Of a stretch of 64,000 bases of DNA, positions 1 through 12,955 are shown one piece after another. The DNA is taken from the NCBI GenBank assembly GCA_037447605.1, contig CM074820.1, positions 62,001 through 126,000 of the forward strand, written 5' to 3'. The position numbers and the translations under genes are program-made. The stretch comes from Zygnema circumcarinatum SAG 698-1b (taxonomy: Eukaryota; Plantae; Zygnematophyceae). A model generated the notes under the pieces. It saw only the letters and a program-made list of their open reading frames with translations, was not told the DNA's origin and did not search any database. The number at the start of each line of letters is the position of its first letter. Within the stretch, counting starts at the first letter, position 1.

Positions 1-3000
1 ATGCAGGACCATGCAAAGGCCACGTTATAGCCCCCCGTGGCGGAACTCAGGACGCCATCTTGGCCGTGGTGGGAGCCTCCTCTCGTGTGAGAACCCGCAG
101 GTGCCACCTTCTTCTCCATAAAATCGCTCACAGTCACATGGTTTTCTGCCAAGACAACAGTGCTACATGTGACAAATTGGCTCAAGGTTCAGCAACGAGG
201 TAAGGGAAGACACACTTCGTAGACTCGGATGATACACTAAACTCAAGGTCTCCCTGGTTGTATACAACAATGACCCAGCCTTCTGTGCTTGATAGTAAAG
301 CTCTGCCAGGAGCGAGTCCTTGGCTGCACCAAGCATTCCTTTCCAAACAAGAGCAGCACTGCTCAAGGGGTTTCCAAAAGACACAACAGGTGGGCCTGTC
401 CATGCTCCGCGAACATCAACGTTGACAGCATTGGCCATTAACTTGCTTGAAGGCGAAACGCAAGGATAGGCCTTATCAAAAAGTCGAGTCTAAAGGCCGA
501 AGGACAGCAAGAGACACACGCACGTTCAATCAGTCGAACATGATGCAGGACTGCAGCAGATGCAGCCCTGCAGGGAAGCAGGGGGCCCCTTTCACAGGGA
601 GGGGAGATCACCTACCGAGCACTTCCAGCAGCACGTACATGACGGACTCCAGCAAATCGTGGGCCGCCACCTGTGCCGCGTGCATGGGGCTGGCCACTAG
701 CGCTGCAGCGCCCTCCCGCATGGCGGCCCCCGCGGGGGGAGCGCGGGAGGACGGGCTGTCCGCATGGGAGATGGCGGGGCCGGGACGGGCATTGCGGGAA
801 ATGGAGGGAGAGTAGGACATAGAGAGAGAGCGGGGAATGGCGGCAGATGCCGATCCTGCCTTGCTGCCGCTCTTCTCCATCAGGGGCCTGCATATATCGC
901 AAACTTCGCTTCAGTGAAGCTTGTTCGTGAGATCATCGACAAGGAGTAGGTACTATGAATCTGGTCAACAGCATTAGCGATCATGGCCTAGAAAGGTCGG
1001 GCAGTCCGATAGCATCATCTGAACTTATGGCAAACTCCCTATCAAAAAGAACATGCCACGCTCGTTTTGGCCTAAGCGAAGTGTGAACACGACTTTCTAG
1101 CTCTCTGGCCAAAACACCTCCGGCAAGGTGGGCCGTGGCGTGAATATGTCCGAACCTGGTAGCCTCCAGCACAGTCACTTTCAACTTGATCTCAGCAATA
1201 ATTCGCTCTCGAACAGCACTTCGCAACCTTTGGCTGCACAGTATAAACAAGCCCACCTTCCCAACGATAAAACCAGCATGCTTTTCGTTCAAGAAATGAA
1301 CTACTTGGTTCGCATGCTTTAAGAGCCTAGTATTGGCGATGAGAGCGATGAACCTATGACATACGGACTGCGAATTCACAAGATACAAATTTCCGTTCCA
1401 ACTTACTTGAGAATAGATCCAGCAGCGGGAATTTTTCCCAGCATAGCCAGAATCTCCACAAGAGTTTGCAGATACTTTACATGCTGAGGAGCATCACTTT
1501 TGGATATAGCCTCCTGTCAGTGAGCAAAAAAAAAAGGGGGCGCAAATATTGTCAAATATGCAATATTCCTTGTGGCTTAAGCATGTGGAAGAGGGCTAGA
1601 TGAGAACATACTGTGAAGCTGTCGGGAGTTGTCTCGGCCAACCATGGAGGAAGCTGCTGTTGCACAAGCTTGCGAGCGATAAAATCAGGAATAAGCTCTT
1701 GGCGAGAGGATGATCCTGAGACTTCACTGCTAGGGGTTCCGGGCACTTCGTCCGCATCCCGCTCGTCCACTCCAGGATTGCTGCCCAACCTCCCCGCCAT
1801 GAGAAAAGTCAGTTGAACCTTCCCTCCCATTGACTAATATTCACCTTAAAAAAAACTCCTTCCCTCCCTCCCGTTTCAGGCAGACGGGAGGGCCATAGCT
1901 TACCTGGTGTCAATGCTGAGAGCGCGCGCTTCAGAGGGGCTGCGCCGCATGCTTCGCGGCTTCATCCGCGCTGTCTTATCGGCCTTGGCCCCGCCCCCTC
2001 CGACCGGATGGCCCAGAGCTGTGGCAGCCGCCACCGGGGCAACAGCAATGGTTGAAATGTCATCGTCGGATTCGTTGCTCCAGCTATGATCCTTGATGCT
2101 GTTCAAGGCCACCCATGGAAGGTAAGTGCGACGGTTGTGTTCTGCATCATTTCATGCTCTACACGCGCCTGAAGCCCAAAATGCCTCATGTGAATCGCCG
2201 CAAGAAGTTTCACCTGTATGTCCCTTTGTTGTACAGGTGATGCTGCAAGTCATCCACCACTTTCGCAAACAACTTCTGCCGCAGCGCAGTCAACTCATTG
2301 CGCACCTCCCGCAGCGCTCCAACCTGCCGGGCCAGTGTGAGCAATGGCACCAACCAGTCTGAGGATTCGTCCAGGAAACTAAAGCAAAGTGCCTCTTTGC
2401 AATGATTACTGTCTTTCCACGATGTTAGGAATGACATTACTGCTGTCGGAAGGACCATTTCTACCCTAAGCCAAACGACAGCATCAGCTCTGCTTGCCCG
2501 CAATGGACATTATCTCAGTAGTATCCTTCTGACCATGTAACGTTCTCAAATCATATCTGGCTGACACGTGTACAAGGGGCCAAGCACTATGTGGAAACGC
2601 AAGATCGAAAACTGCTAACTACATAGCAACTGTCTCAGGCAATCTTCATAATCAGGCACACAGGTTGAAGGTGCGTAGAAAGTCCTTTATGGCCTACGGT
2701 GTCAGAGAAGTCAAGGAGCTGAAAGTCATACCCCTTGAATGCCTTCACGCTCTATAAGACCCATTGAATGTAGCAGTGTTTGCACGGCCGCATAGTACTT
2801 TCTTTCCTGGATCATCTTCTCCACTCGGACGGGCACCTGCAACCGAAACCTTCTTTCCTAAGTAAGCTTGGTTATTGCCACCCCAAAGTCGGCAATATCT
2901 TCAACGTAGGATATGACTATCTAGTATGTTTGATCGGCCTTGGACTGAGGTACAGCAACCAGGAAAGCGAAAGGGACCAAACAGAAAAAAATAGAAGAGT

Positions 3001-4655
3001 GTTGTAGAAAGGTGCAAGACCTTTGCAACATTGTCAATCTGGTCCAAGAGAGAGATTATATGGCGCAAAGTGATGGATCGGTAAAACAGCTGTTGCAGCT
3101 GCTTGTGTCGGGTGCTCAGAAGATGGCGTGCCTCAGCCAGATTGGATTTCAGACCGCTCATCTGGGCAGCCGATTCGCTGAACAGGCGGAGAATCTGCAA
3201 GCAGGTGCCATTCACCCACGTCTTGCTGCAACTTATTACTGCATACAGACCAAACTTATGTAGGTCCGATACTAAGGGCTCCTTCATGTAGTGGCAACCA
3301 AGACCTCATTACCGCCACCCCTTTCTCTCCTAATCTGATAAAGAACACTCGTACTATTCCTCCAGTTTTCTATCTTAACAAGTATTTGGCCCTAAATCAA
3401 TGTGGCCTCTACTTCAAAATGTTAAGTGCTACAGTATAATTTCTCGTCAAAAGCCGTGTGTTCTTACACAGTTGGCAGTGACACAATTAAACACCGCTGT
3501 ATCTTTCGTGTCCTTCATTCTTTTTATGATTCACGGCATTGCTCTGTTTGCAATGACAATCATGTGTGGTGCCGGCTTTTACTTCATTTACTTTGCTTTC
3601 GACCATCAGTTCAAGATGAACAGTCGGATTGAACAATACACAGCTCCTCCAGAAATCGTCGCCTCCTTGGCACTACATTGCCAATCTTCCAATCTCCCAA
3701 AACTAAGTGGCACGCAGTAATGTATACCACTACACCAGAAAGTTTTGAATTCCCTTACGAACCTACAAAAAATTCCTGACAACATTAGACATAGACCAAA
3801 AATTGACTGGCTTAATCTTTAAGTGTGGATGCCTCCATTGTCTCCTCTTTTACCCTTACATATCTGTAACAGAACTATTGCTGAGAATTCATTATTATCA
3901 CCAAAATAATCAACACAAGTTTGTGGGTTGTTTGAATTTGTGGGCGGTGAATCACATGACTAGGTGACCAGAAAGTGTTGACTAGTGGCGACTAGGAGAA
4001 ATTGAGGCTAAAACCGACGCTTTACTATCAAAGAATGCACCACGCAAAACAGCAGAAGAAACCGTGTTAAGCTTCTTGTAAAAGATATGCTGACGATAGT
4101 CCAGAGTCTGCCATTGTTATTGTGCTTTTCGTTTGCTTTTTCCTGACCAACTTAAACCATGTTTCACTCTCTTTCTTGCGCTGGATTATGCTACAGCATG
4201 CCTGGCCGGGACATAAGGAGGACAGGAAGTGGGGGCATGACGTGCCTCAGAATAGTTGTGGATAGCACGGTTAAAGCCGTTGTGGTAGCCGCGCACGACG
4301 TCGTCCACAAGCTCCTCAATGGCGTCGCGCCGCCTGCGCAGAGAGCGCAGGGCGCCCTGCGGATCTCGGGACGTAAGCACCTCCACCACGTGGGGCAGCG
4401 AGTCGAAATGCGCCTCCTTCCACACGCTGTGCGTGCTCTCCAACTCATCTTCAATGTTCTGCAGGCCCCTCCAACAGCCCCGGTTCGACTCCAAGTTTGA
4501 GTGCTGCCAGCTGTTGGAGCCGCAGCAGGCGCGGGCAAGCAAGTAGGGAGGGGAGGACGCACGTTCCAGTTGACTTCCACGGCGTCGGCCTCCGCCTGCT
4601 CCGGGCGCTGCACCCGCCCCAGTCCCGCCGAGGCCTGCAGGCGCCGCCTCTCCAT
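1..4655 (-). CDS. SEC8: Exocyst complex component SEC8 (multi-exon, 3' part extends beyond the left edge of the window)
   Basis: Exon translations match plant SEC8 motifs: FDSLPHVVEVLTS..IEELVDDVVRGYHNGFNRAIHNYS (~4250-4480), QILRLFSES..LFYRSITLRHIISLLDQI (~3020-3200), VGALREVRNELT..DDLQHHLYNKG (~2210-2330), HDLLESVM (~650), ENHVTVSD..TGGYNVAF (~10-150). The start ATG at 4655 is inferred. Confidence 0.93.
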
Positions 4656-4881
4656 GCCGCCCTGCCTCTTCCTGCCTCCTACTGCCTCCTCCAGTCCTCC
4701 TCCCGCAGGCCCCCCCTGCTCCCACCTCCCTCCTTCCTCCCTCCCTCGTCCCTCCTCCCCCGCCCGCCCGCCTGCTTGCTCGCAAGCCGCGCGCGCCACT
4801 TCGATATGCGATACACGATATTGATACGGTACTGTGACAGAACGATACGATACTGAGCGTACCGGCGCTTGCAGTCTCGCC

Positions 4882-5111
4882 GGGGAGGGGAGGGGAGGGG
4901 AGGCGAGGGGAGGGGAGGCGAGGGGAGGGGAGGCGAGGGGAGGCGAGGGGAGGCGAGGGGAGGGGAGGGGAGGCGAGGGGAGGCGAGGGGAGGGGAGGCG
5001 AGGGGAGGGGAGGCGAGGGGAGGGGAGGGGAGGGGAGGCGAGGGGAGGCGAGGGAGGGAGGCGAGGGGAGGCGAGGGGAGGGGAGGGGAGGGGAGGCGAG
5101 GGGAGGGGAGG
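4882..5111 (+). repeat. Pentanucleotide array (GGGGA/GGCGA)n, about 46 units, purine-rich
   Basis: Read directly. It lies between the divergent SEC8 and TRM6 starts and ends 17 nt before the TRM6 ATG. Confidence 0.97.
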
Positions 5112-5128
5112 CCGCGGAGTGGCGGGCC

Positions 5129-8100
5129 ATGGCGGAGCCTGCGCCTGCGACGGAGGCGCCTCCGCAGCTTGCTGCCGTTGTGCGCGCGGAGGGAGGCATA
5201 TCGGAGGGCCTCTCCGTGCTGCTCGATGTCAATGGCGAGAAGCAATCCTTCGCAGTTGTCAAAAAGAATCAGTCAGTGAGCTCCTCCTTTCAAACTCCGG
5301 AAGCACAGCTCTCATTAAAAGTAGCCTGTTGCTCGTCTTTTGCCAGACGTGTCACATTAAATAGTACCTAAAATGAATGTTATGGTTGCAGGAGAGTGAA
5401 GGTGAGCTCCGCCTTCTGCGCACTGGATCCTCTCATTGGTGTCCCTTTTGGTTCCGTGTTTGAAGTCCGCAATGGCGCTCGTGGAGAGCAGCATCTTGTG
5501 CGACTGACCACGCCAAACACGAGTAAGTAAATTCGTGCAGATTTCCAAACCCTTTCTTTCGTTTGATTTTGGGCGTAGTGATAGCAAAGTTGACTCTCCA
5601 GCGGGGTTTCTTCTCGCAGAAATTGCAAACAATAGCGGGCATTTCGGTTGTGTTCTGAGGCAAGCTTGGCTCGTGTATGCAGGGGAAGGGCTCCCGGCAA
5701 CGGACGAGGATGCTTTACAACGCAGTGAATCGGAGGGTCGCGACAATCGACAGCTGAATGATGACAACTCTGCTCAGGGTTTATCTGCTGATGAAATCGA
5801 GTCTATGAAGCGGTAAGAAACTCTCCGTCAATTGTCTCGAGCATTCGAGTCTCGAGCATGGATGAGGCTGATCCGCAACTTGAAAATGTAAATACTGTCT
5901 GCTGTACATGTACATGTAAATGCACAATTTTTTTTTCGCATTCGAGTAGAGAATTCCGAAATATGTCAGGGAAGGCTAAATCAGTGTCGATGAGGTGACA
6001 ATTAACCTTGGGTGTCGTAGGAGCTGTGAATCTTTAGACTTCACACATTTTTCATTCAGAATATGTTTATGCCTGGGAACTCGTTAAGTCTATATTGAGC
6101 ATCGGTAATGATGCAGGCAAGGTGCCACAGGCGAAGAGATCATTAGAGCTCTTACGGAAAACAGTGCTACCTTTGCAAACAAGACAGCCTTCTCTCAGGT
6201 ACTGAGCTTTTGGTCTCCTTGGTGAGATACCAAATTCCAGAGGTCGCTGCTATCGTACGTCTTAAGGGTGTCGATTGATCATATGATCGGTCACTGTCAT
6301 GTTGCACTGAGTTTGTGGTTTTCTATAATATCGCTACAGGAGAAGTACATGCGCAAGAAGCAGAAAAAATATGCTCCTAGAGTGATTGTCCGCCGACCTT
6401 CTGCTCGGAGGTGTGTATCTTTCCACCCTTTGGCTCCTTTTGCATCCATTCCTCACTGGCTTGCTGATAAAGAGTGATTGCAGTCGTTCTGAGTTACGAA
6501 GGTTCATTGGCCGTTAGAAGCCTTTTGATGACCCATTCTTTATCGTTTTTTTGTTCTTGCTTTCTGAACTTTAAAGTACAGCACGTATTATTTAGGCTTT
6601 GCATCTCCTCGCTTGCTGGCTTGCTGTTGTTTGCAATCCAAAACGAGATCTCAACTACTAGTTACGGGTCTGAACCGAGCGTAATGCTGAACTGGCACTT
6701 TCCTCCTTTCAGAACATTCGGAAATTCTTATGGTTGATCGCGTGGGGCGGAGTTGTTCTTGCCAGTGTGTGCGAGGCGTATTTTCTCAAGACGCCTATGA
6801 AGACAGGGTAAGCCTTTTTGCCGTAACTCATGTCAGATGTCCAAACCAAGTTCAACGTTCACTCAATGCCTCTGAAAACTCATCAGGCAGGGCTTCCTGT
6901 AGGATTCCTCCTTTGCGCCCTTACCCTAGCCAGCAATGTCCACAGTGTAGCTGTACAGGAATGGCTTACACGGCACACAGTTGAAATACAAGCTGATATA
7001 AATTGGTCGACAGTATTTAATGGCTCGTTAAACTGGTCAGTGGTCTTGCAGAGATAACATCTTTTGAAGACTTGGAGGCATATGCAGGTTTCTTCGTGTG
7101 GACTCCCTTGCCCTCCTGTTGAGCATGGCAAACGTAGGGGCAGGTGCGGACGTGCTGATACTCGATACTTGCGGAGGCCTTCCAACGGCTGCAGTTGCTG
7201 AGCGTGTAGGAGGTGCGCATCGTTCGCATTTTAGACAGACTTTAGGTGCTGATCGTCCGGTGTTGGGTGTCGATATTGGTGCCTGGCATGCAGGTCATGG
7301 AAATCTTATTGAAACATGGCTCAGATACTCGCTCATTCATCTTTGAGCTTGTTGACATCTTGATAACCTTTGATGGAGAGGAAGTTTATGCATGTGTAGG
7401 ACATGGCACCATATGCAGTGCATATCGGGGGCAGCATCCACCTTCTATAGACATTCTCCGCCTGCTCAACCTGGACTCCGCATCAGCTGCTGCGTACGTT
7501 GCGCACTGTCTCACGTAGTTTTTACTCTGGCTTCCATCCGCATATGACAGGAGGTATGACTGATTCAAGGAGACTCTAACTGTCAGTTCAGAGACGACTG
7601 GACACCTGTTACGCTGACTTGAGCGTGTGCTGGATATGGCCCCCTGCAGAGTTACACGAGCCTCTATTAGCGCTCTTGCAGCAGGTCGAGCTGCCGTACT
7701 GAGATCAGACGGCGGAGGGGACATTGGTCCGGCCGCGGGCGCGGCGGCGAGAGCAGAGCAGGCTGATGTGGCAGACTTGGGAGGTACGGGAGTGCGGCAG
7801 GGAAGCGGCAGAAACGCATGTAGAGAGCCACGTCAAGGCGAGGCAGGAGAGGTGGTGCAGGAAACGCAAGGGCTAGAGTTGAGAAGGGGAAACTTGGATG
7901 CTACTTTGAATGACGAAGTCACGCCTGTAGAGAAGCCTCCCTCAAAATTAGAAGGTGGACTAACAGCTATGGACATAGATGCGGTAGGAGAGAATGGCAG
8001 TGGTACTGGAACTGAGCCAAAGCAGGCAGACCAGAGTCCGGGCAGGAGAAAGCGGCGTAATGTTGGAGAGGAGGTGATGGAGATGCGAGCCGGGCGACCT

Positions 8101-9254
8101 GCTCCACCAGAATACCTTCAGCGTTGGGCTCAAAACGGATTTAGCAGGTGAGAAGTGCAGCGGCCACTCTGTTGCTCTGTTGACCGGCTACTTTTGAGTG
8201 CCTCCAGCAGAACATTGTGAGCCTTGCAGTTGTAGCTTAGCGATGGGTAATGCCTCGTAGTCCCCTTAGTATCGTGATGGAAATATCAGTAGTGTGTGTG
8301 TGAGCTTATCATCTATTAGTCGCCTTGTACAACGCGTAGTGTTTAATAGATGGTAAAGTAGACCACCAAAGCAGCTATTGATGGCTGCAGTTCATTTGTT
8401 GCTAGGAGGTGCTTAACCAATATAGAGCCTATAATGCAATGAGAAGCTTGGGACCTCGACGTTATTTTTGTTTTCCTTTAAAACCTAAGTAGGGTGATGG
8501 GCGGGGCCATGTCTCTTTATTGGTTGCTGTCTTTCATTGCCAATGCAGCCTGGTAATGGCAGCGCCCTCCATATCACCTTCTGCTGCAGTTCAGCTGCTG
8601 TTGCCCTTGCTGGCGCCCTCCTCGTCGTTTGCCATTTACCATACGTACCTGCAGGTGTGAGGATAGCTCTCCCTCACTTTGCTTTGGGGTTTCACACTCT
8701 TCTGTCCATAACGTGCAGTATCTACTCGGGAAGTTTCTCCATCATCCCGGAACTATTTTATCGAGCACATTGTGCACTCTCTGTTTTCCTACAGCGGTAG
8801 TTTATGCCGCCGTTGTCGTTTATCTCACTGCGCATGCACGCCCTTCGTACTGACTTTTCCACTGACGGCTGTAGCACGTCACTTTAGCCTGCTTGCCTTC
8901 TTCTCTATTCTTCAAATATGACGGAGACGTTTCCTGTTAGGATGCTGAGTCCGAAAAATGGGGAAGGTTGGAGCAGCCTCTGGCAGAATGCATGCAGTTT
9001 TTGCAGAAAGAGAAATCTGCAGTGTCATTGCAGCTGTCGGAACCGTGGCTACGAGAGTACCAGGTGAGAGTCGACTCTCGGGAACTGGAGGGAAGGTGCT
9101 GTAGCACCACAGAGAGCAAGCCATAATCGGGAGATTTTCCCCTGTGCAGGTGTTGCCTGATCGCAGCCATCCCTTTATGCAAATGAGTGCCACGGGAGGA
9201 TATCTTCTGCACGGCATAACTGTAGATGCGAACAATCGGAGCGACGGAGCTTGA
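5129..9254 (+). CDS. TRM6: tRNA (adenine-58-N1)-methyltransferase non-catalytic subunit (TRM6/GCD10), multi-exon
   Basis: Exons encode RDNRQLNDDNSAQGLSADEIESMK, GATGEEIIRALTENSATFANKTAFSQ|EKYMRKKQKKYAP, FLRVDSLALLLSMANV..VLILDTCGGL and a terminal VLPDRSHPFMQMSATGGYLLHGI..stop (9150-9254). These are characteristic Gcd10/TRM6 motifs. Confidence 0.92.
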
Positions 9255-10748
9255 GTGGAGCTGGGGCCCGTAGGAGTGCTGCTTTCAGAACCGCTGGCAT
9301 AGAGATTTTGCCTCCTGTAGTTCAAGAGTACAGTCGTATTTGTGCCAGCATGGGACTTTGAAATATTTGCTGGTTATTACCCAGCATCTTCTTAGCCATT
9401 TCCGCATCACTGATGTGTTATCTCCGGAGGGCCTGCACGGGTTAGTACATTTGTGGCTTGCGAGTAGTGGATTCTGCCAAGCCGTAGTCAAAGAATATGT
9501 TATGGAAGGTAGCGAATGTGATTTGGCAATTGCTAGCGTTTACGTTCTTTCTGTTTGTTATGCTTTAATTAGAAAGCACTATTTGCAGAAGCAGAAGTTG
9601 CCGAATTGAAATTAGCTTGCGATCATTGCGACTGGTGGTATTCACAATCGATGGCTTGTTCATCCGCCATTGCAAAATCATATAGAAACACTACAACGGA
9701 GTCTTTAAGATTCGCTTTTTCACCTGTCGACGTTACGGAAATGTTGGGATTTTTTCTCTAAGTGAAGGAATGTCGCATTACATGTGCACATCATGGTTGG
9801 GCAGAGGGTCATGTGCGTACAATACTAGCACAGTGGCACTCATCATTTCTCGCTCTACCACGCAGCAAGCAAGCAGGGGAGCATGGCTTGACCTGGGTTA
9901 GTGTTGGGCAGCAGCAGAGCGTCCGAGAGTTGCTGCCTGCACATGCCGCTTGCGCTTTACCTGGTTCATAACTCCACATGTACTCAGCACGGGCAAAACT
10001 TGCCACGAGAGGATGCCCCAGCAGATAGACGGCCTTCTTCGAAAATGCTATATTTGGATCTGCACTTGTTCAAGCGGGTATGCTGACTACTATCACCCTA
10101 ACTGTCAGCCTTTGGAAACCTCAATCTTCCCATCAACAGTCATTGTACCTACCAGAACAAGTAAACCCTTACACCATATTTTGTCTCCCCTTCCCGAAAC
10201 TCCCTAGCAAGAGGCGACGTCGTGTTGCACGCTGGGAAAGTCACTCGCAACACCTCGGATGGTAACATTACCCTCCCGCCCCACCCACAAAGGAGCGAGC
10301 TGGCCGCACAATTCCCTTCTAAAAATGTGCCGGTCGGTGACCGTACCGCCCGCCACCCCCCCCCGCCCCCCCTTCTACTCTGCACTGCCATTTTTCTGCT
10401 TGCGGAGCACTGCTTGCTGCTCGTACAAGTGCCTGCAGAGCCCTGTATTTGGGAGCTCTACAGAATTGTGACCAGGGCAAAGAAATCTCAACAAAAATAG
10501 CAAAAATTTAACCCTGGTAATAATGCGTGACTACGCCTAAAAATCCTAAGGACGCTCAAAAACCCGAACCCCTCCTCGTTGGTGGAGGGAGCCGTTAACG
10601 TAAAAGAAAAAAAAATAAGAGTTCACTAGTTTGAGCCGCATCCTCCATAGGAGACGTCATTGGCTCCGTTTCAGCAGGTAGTTCAAATGTATGTACAGAT
10701 TCTTCGCATCCCTTTCCCGTCATCGGCCATCTTCCAGTCCGCAGCTTT

Positions 10749-12634
10749 CTAGGACTGCAAGAAGCCGGTGGAGCAGGGGGAGCTCTTGTCCAGCCAGGCG
10801 AGGCACATGGCGGCTGTCCACGAGAAGTAGCTCCCTCCTGCTCCCGCCCCTGTGAGAGGGTCGTAGTACTCAAAGAGGCCGTGCGTGTTAATCAGGTCGC
10901 AGCTGTTCTGCTCAATGCGATCCGCCAAAGCGTCGTAGCCGTAGTGGCGCAGACCGTCCGTTATCATATAGTTCACTATCACCCTGCACATCCCACATCC
11001 ATCCGCTCAGAGGCCTTTCCAGAAAAGCACAACAGTTCCTTTCGAGCAATGGAGCGAGAAACAAAAAATAAGGTAAAAAATAGAGAATTCCGCGGAAGAT
11101 CCGGCAACTGTTCTCGGCTCGAACTGTTGTTCACAGACTCAACCTCCCCTTCCTCTCCGTTCAACAACAACCCACCATCGTCTCCCAAGCCCCTCCCAAA
11201 CCTACCCACCACTTCCACCATCTTTCACCACCCGCCCACTAGGGTTGTTCCCTCTTTATCCCAGGCACAGCCCCCACCCCCCGTCCAGCAGCTGTGCACC
11301 TACCACACAGGGCCGCGCCAGTAGCGCAGGGGCTCGAAGCCGGCGGCGGAGGGGTCCATGCTCGGCACGCCGTACTGCACGCAGTCCATCCACCGCGTGA
11401 GGGTGTCCGCCAGCGCCGCCGCCTGCGCAGGAGTTGCCACGTGCGCAAAGAGAGGGAGGAAGCCTGCTGACGTGGCGGCGGCGAGAGGCCGCCCCGCGAG
11501 CTGATCGTGGGAGCGGAAGATGCCGCTCTGCGCGTCCCAGAGGCGGGAGAAGGCCGCCTGCGCCTTGGCCAGCCACGTGTCAATCTCGGGGAGCGCCTCC
11601 AGGCAGCCAAGCTCCGCCGCGAGCCAGCGCAGGTCGAGGTTGGCGCGGTGCAGGACGGAGTTGGTGCAGAGGTCGGTGACGCGGAAGGGCGAGGCGTGGA
11701 AGAGGTGCGCGGGGCTGTAGTCGAGCGCGCGGAAGCGGTAGAGGAGCGTCAGGTACCGGTCGTACTCCGCCTGCTGGGGGCGCATGGCGGCGTCCACGTG
11801 GCCCAGGTCGCGGCGCGTGTAGGGCGGAATGGCGTCTACGGGCACACGGGCGAGGGGCTCGTCCCAGGCGGCGCTGTTGTCCATGCCGGACTCCCAGGGG
11901 TGCAGCGTGGCCACCAGCCCGCTGCCGAGGGGGTCACGCGCAGAGTAGAACCACCGGTGCGAGCGCAGCAGCCGCGGGAACAGCTCGCGCGCCTGCCGCA
12001 GCGCGAGCGGGCGGTCCTCGGCGCGCTCCAGCATGTGCCGTACGGCTATGGCGGCCACGGGCGGCTGCGTGATGCCTGTGCTGCCGCGCGGCTTCTCCGC
12101 GGAGCCCCAAATCTCGGGCCCGGGGAAGTAGGTGGAGCTGGCGGCGTGGAACACCACGTGCGGCACCATCCCGTCCTGCCACTGCGCGCCCATCAGCTTG
12201 CGGAGCTCCTCCCAGGCGCGCGACTCGTCAATGGCCGCCCAGCCCATGGCCACGAGCGCGGAGTCCCAGTTCCATTGGTAGGGGTACAGGCCGCGGGCGG
12301 GGATGGTGTACCCCCCGTAGTCGTTGCTGCGCAGGATGGCGGTCGCCTCGCCGATCACGTCCGCCTGCAGCGCGCGCCCCTCCGAGGGCCCCGCGCACCC
12401 ATCCAGCAGGGTGGAGAGGTCCGTCACGGATGTGGGGGACGCCGGGCACAGCTTCTCCAGACGCGGGGTGGACGCCCCCCCCCCTTCCTTCAGACTCACG
12501 CCCTCCACCGCCAGCCGCAAACTGCTCAGGGTGCGTGGAACGCGCGGGCTGGAGGGCTCCGAGCAGAGGGACGCCATGGAAAAGGAGTGCGGCAGGGCCA
12601 CAGGGCCCGCCATGTCTAACTGCGGCGGTGCCAT
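10749..12634 (-). CDS. GH63-family glycoside hydrolase (glucosylglycerate/mannosylglycerate hydrolase-like), two exons
   Basis: Motifs GGYTIP..LYPYQWNWDS, QWQDGMVPHVVF, HPWESGMDNS..WD, YWRGPVW and GLFEYYDPLTG..FSWTAA. A single GT-AG intron at ~10985-11302 splits the W codon of RGPVW. About 90 aa of N-terminal extension precede the catalytic domain. Confidence 0.9.
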
Positions 12635-12955
12635 GTTTTGCTGCAGCCGGCCCTTGCGGTCACCCTCGCCTGCCTTTGAGAGACGCCAGCTTCCTGCAAA
12701 GACCACCCAAACCAGCCAGAGCGAATGTGAGTGCCAAGAAGCAACGTTTCCATAGAAGCGAGAGCAGCACGAGGCGGCAGGATGGGCCGAACAGCAGCAG
12801 AAGCACGGGGGGGCGAGAGGGCGAAAGCAGGCGGGCAGGCAGGTGGGTGGGCGGGTACCTGGGCGAGCGGTGCGGGCGGAGGTAGCGAGGCGCTCGACGG
12901 GGGTTAAACGCCGCCCCGCCCCGCCCCGGCCCGCGGGCGCGCTGCCGCTCGCTTC

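Noticed and set aside
4834-5364. ORFs encoding RGG/GEAR-rich or SPPL-rich peptides
   Set aside because: These are translations of the pentamer array in all frames and lie between two real gene starts; there is no evidence of coding.
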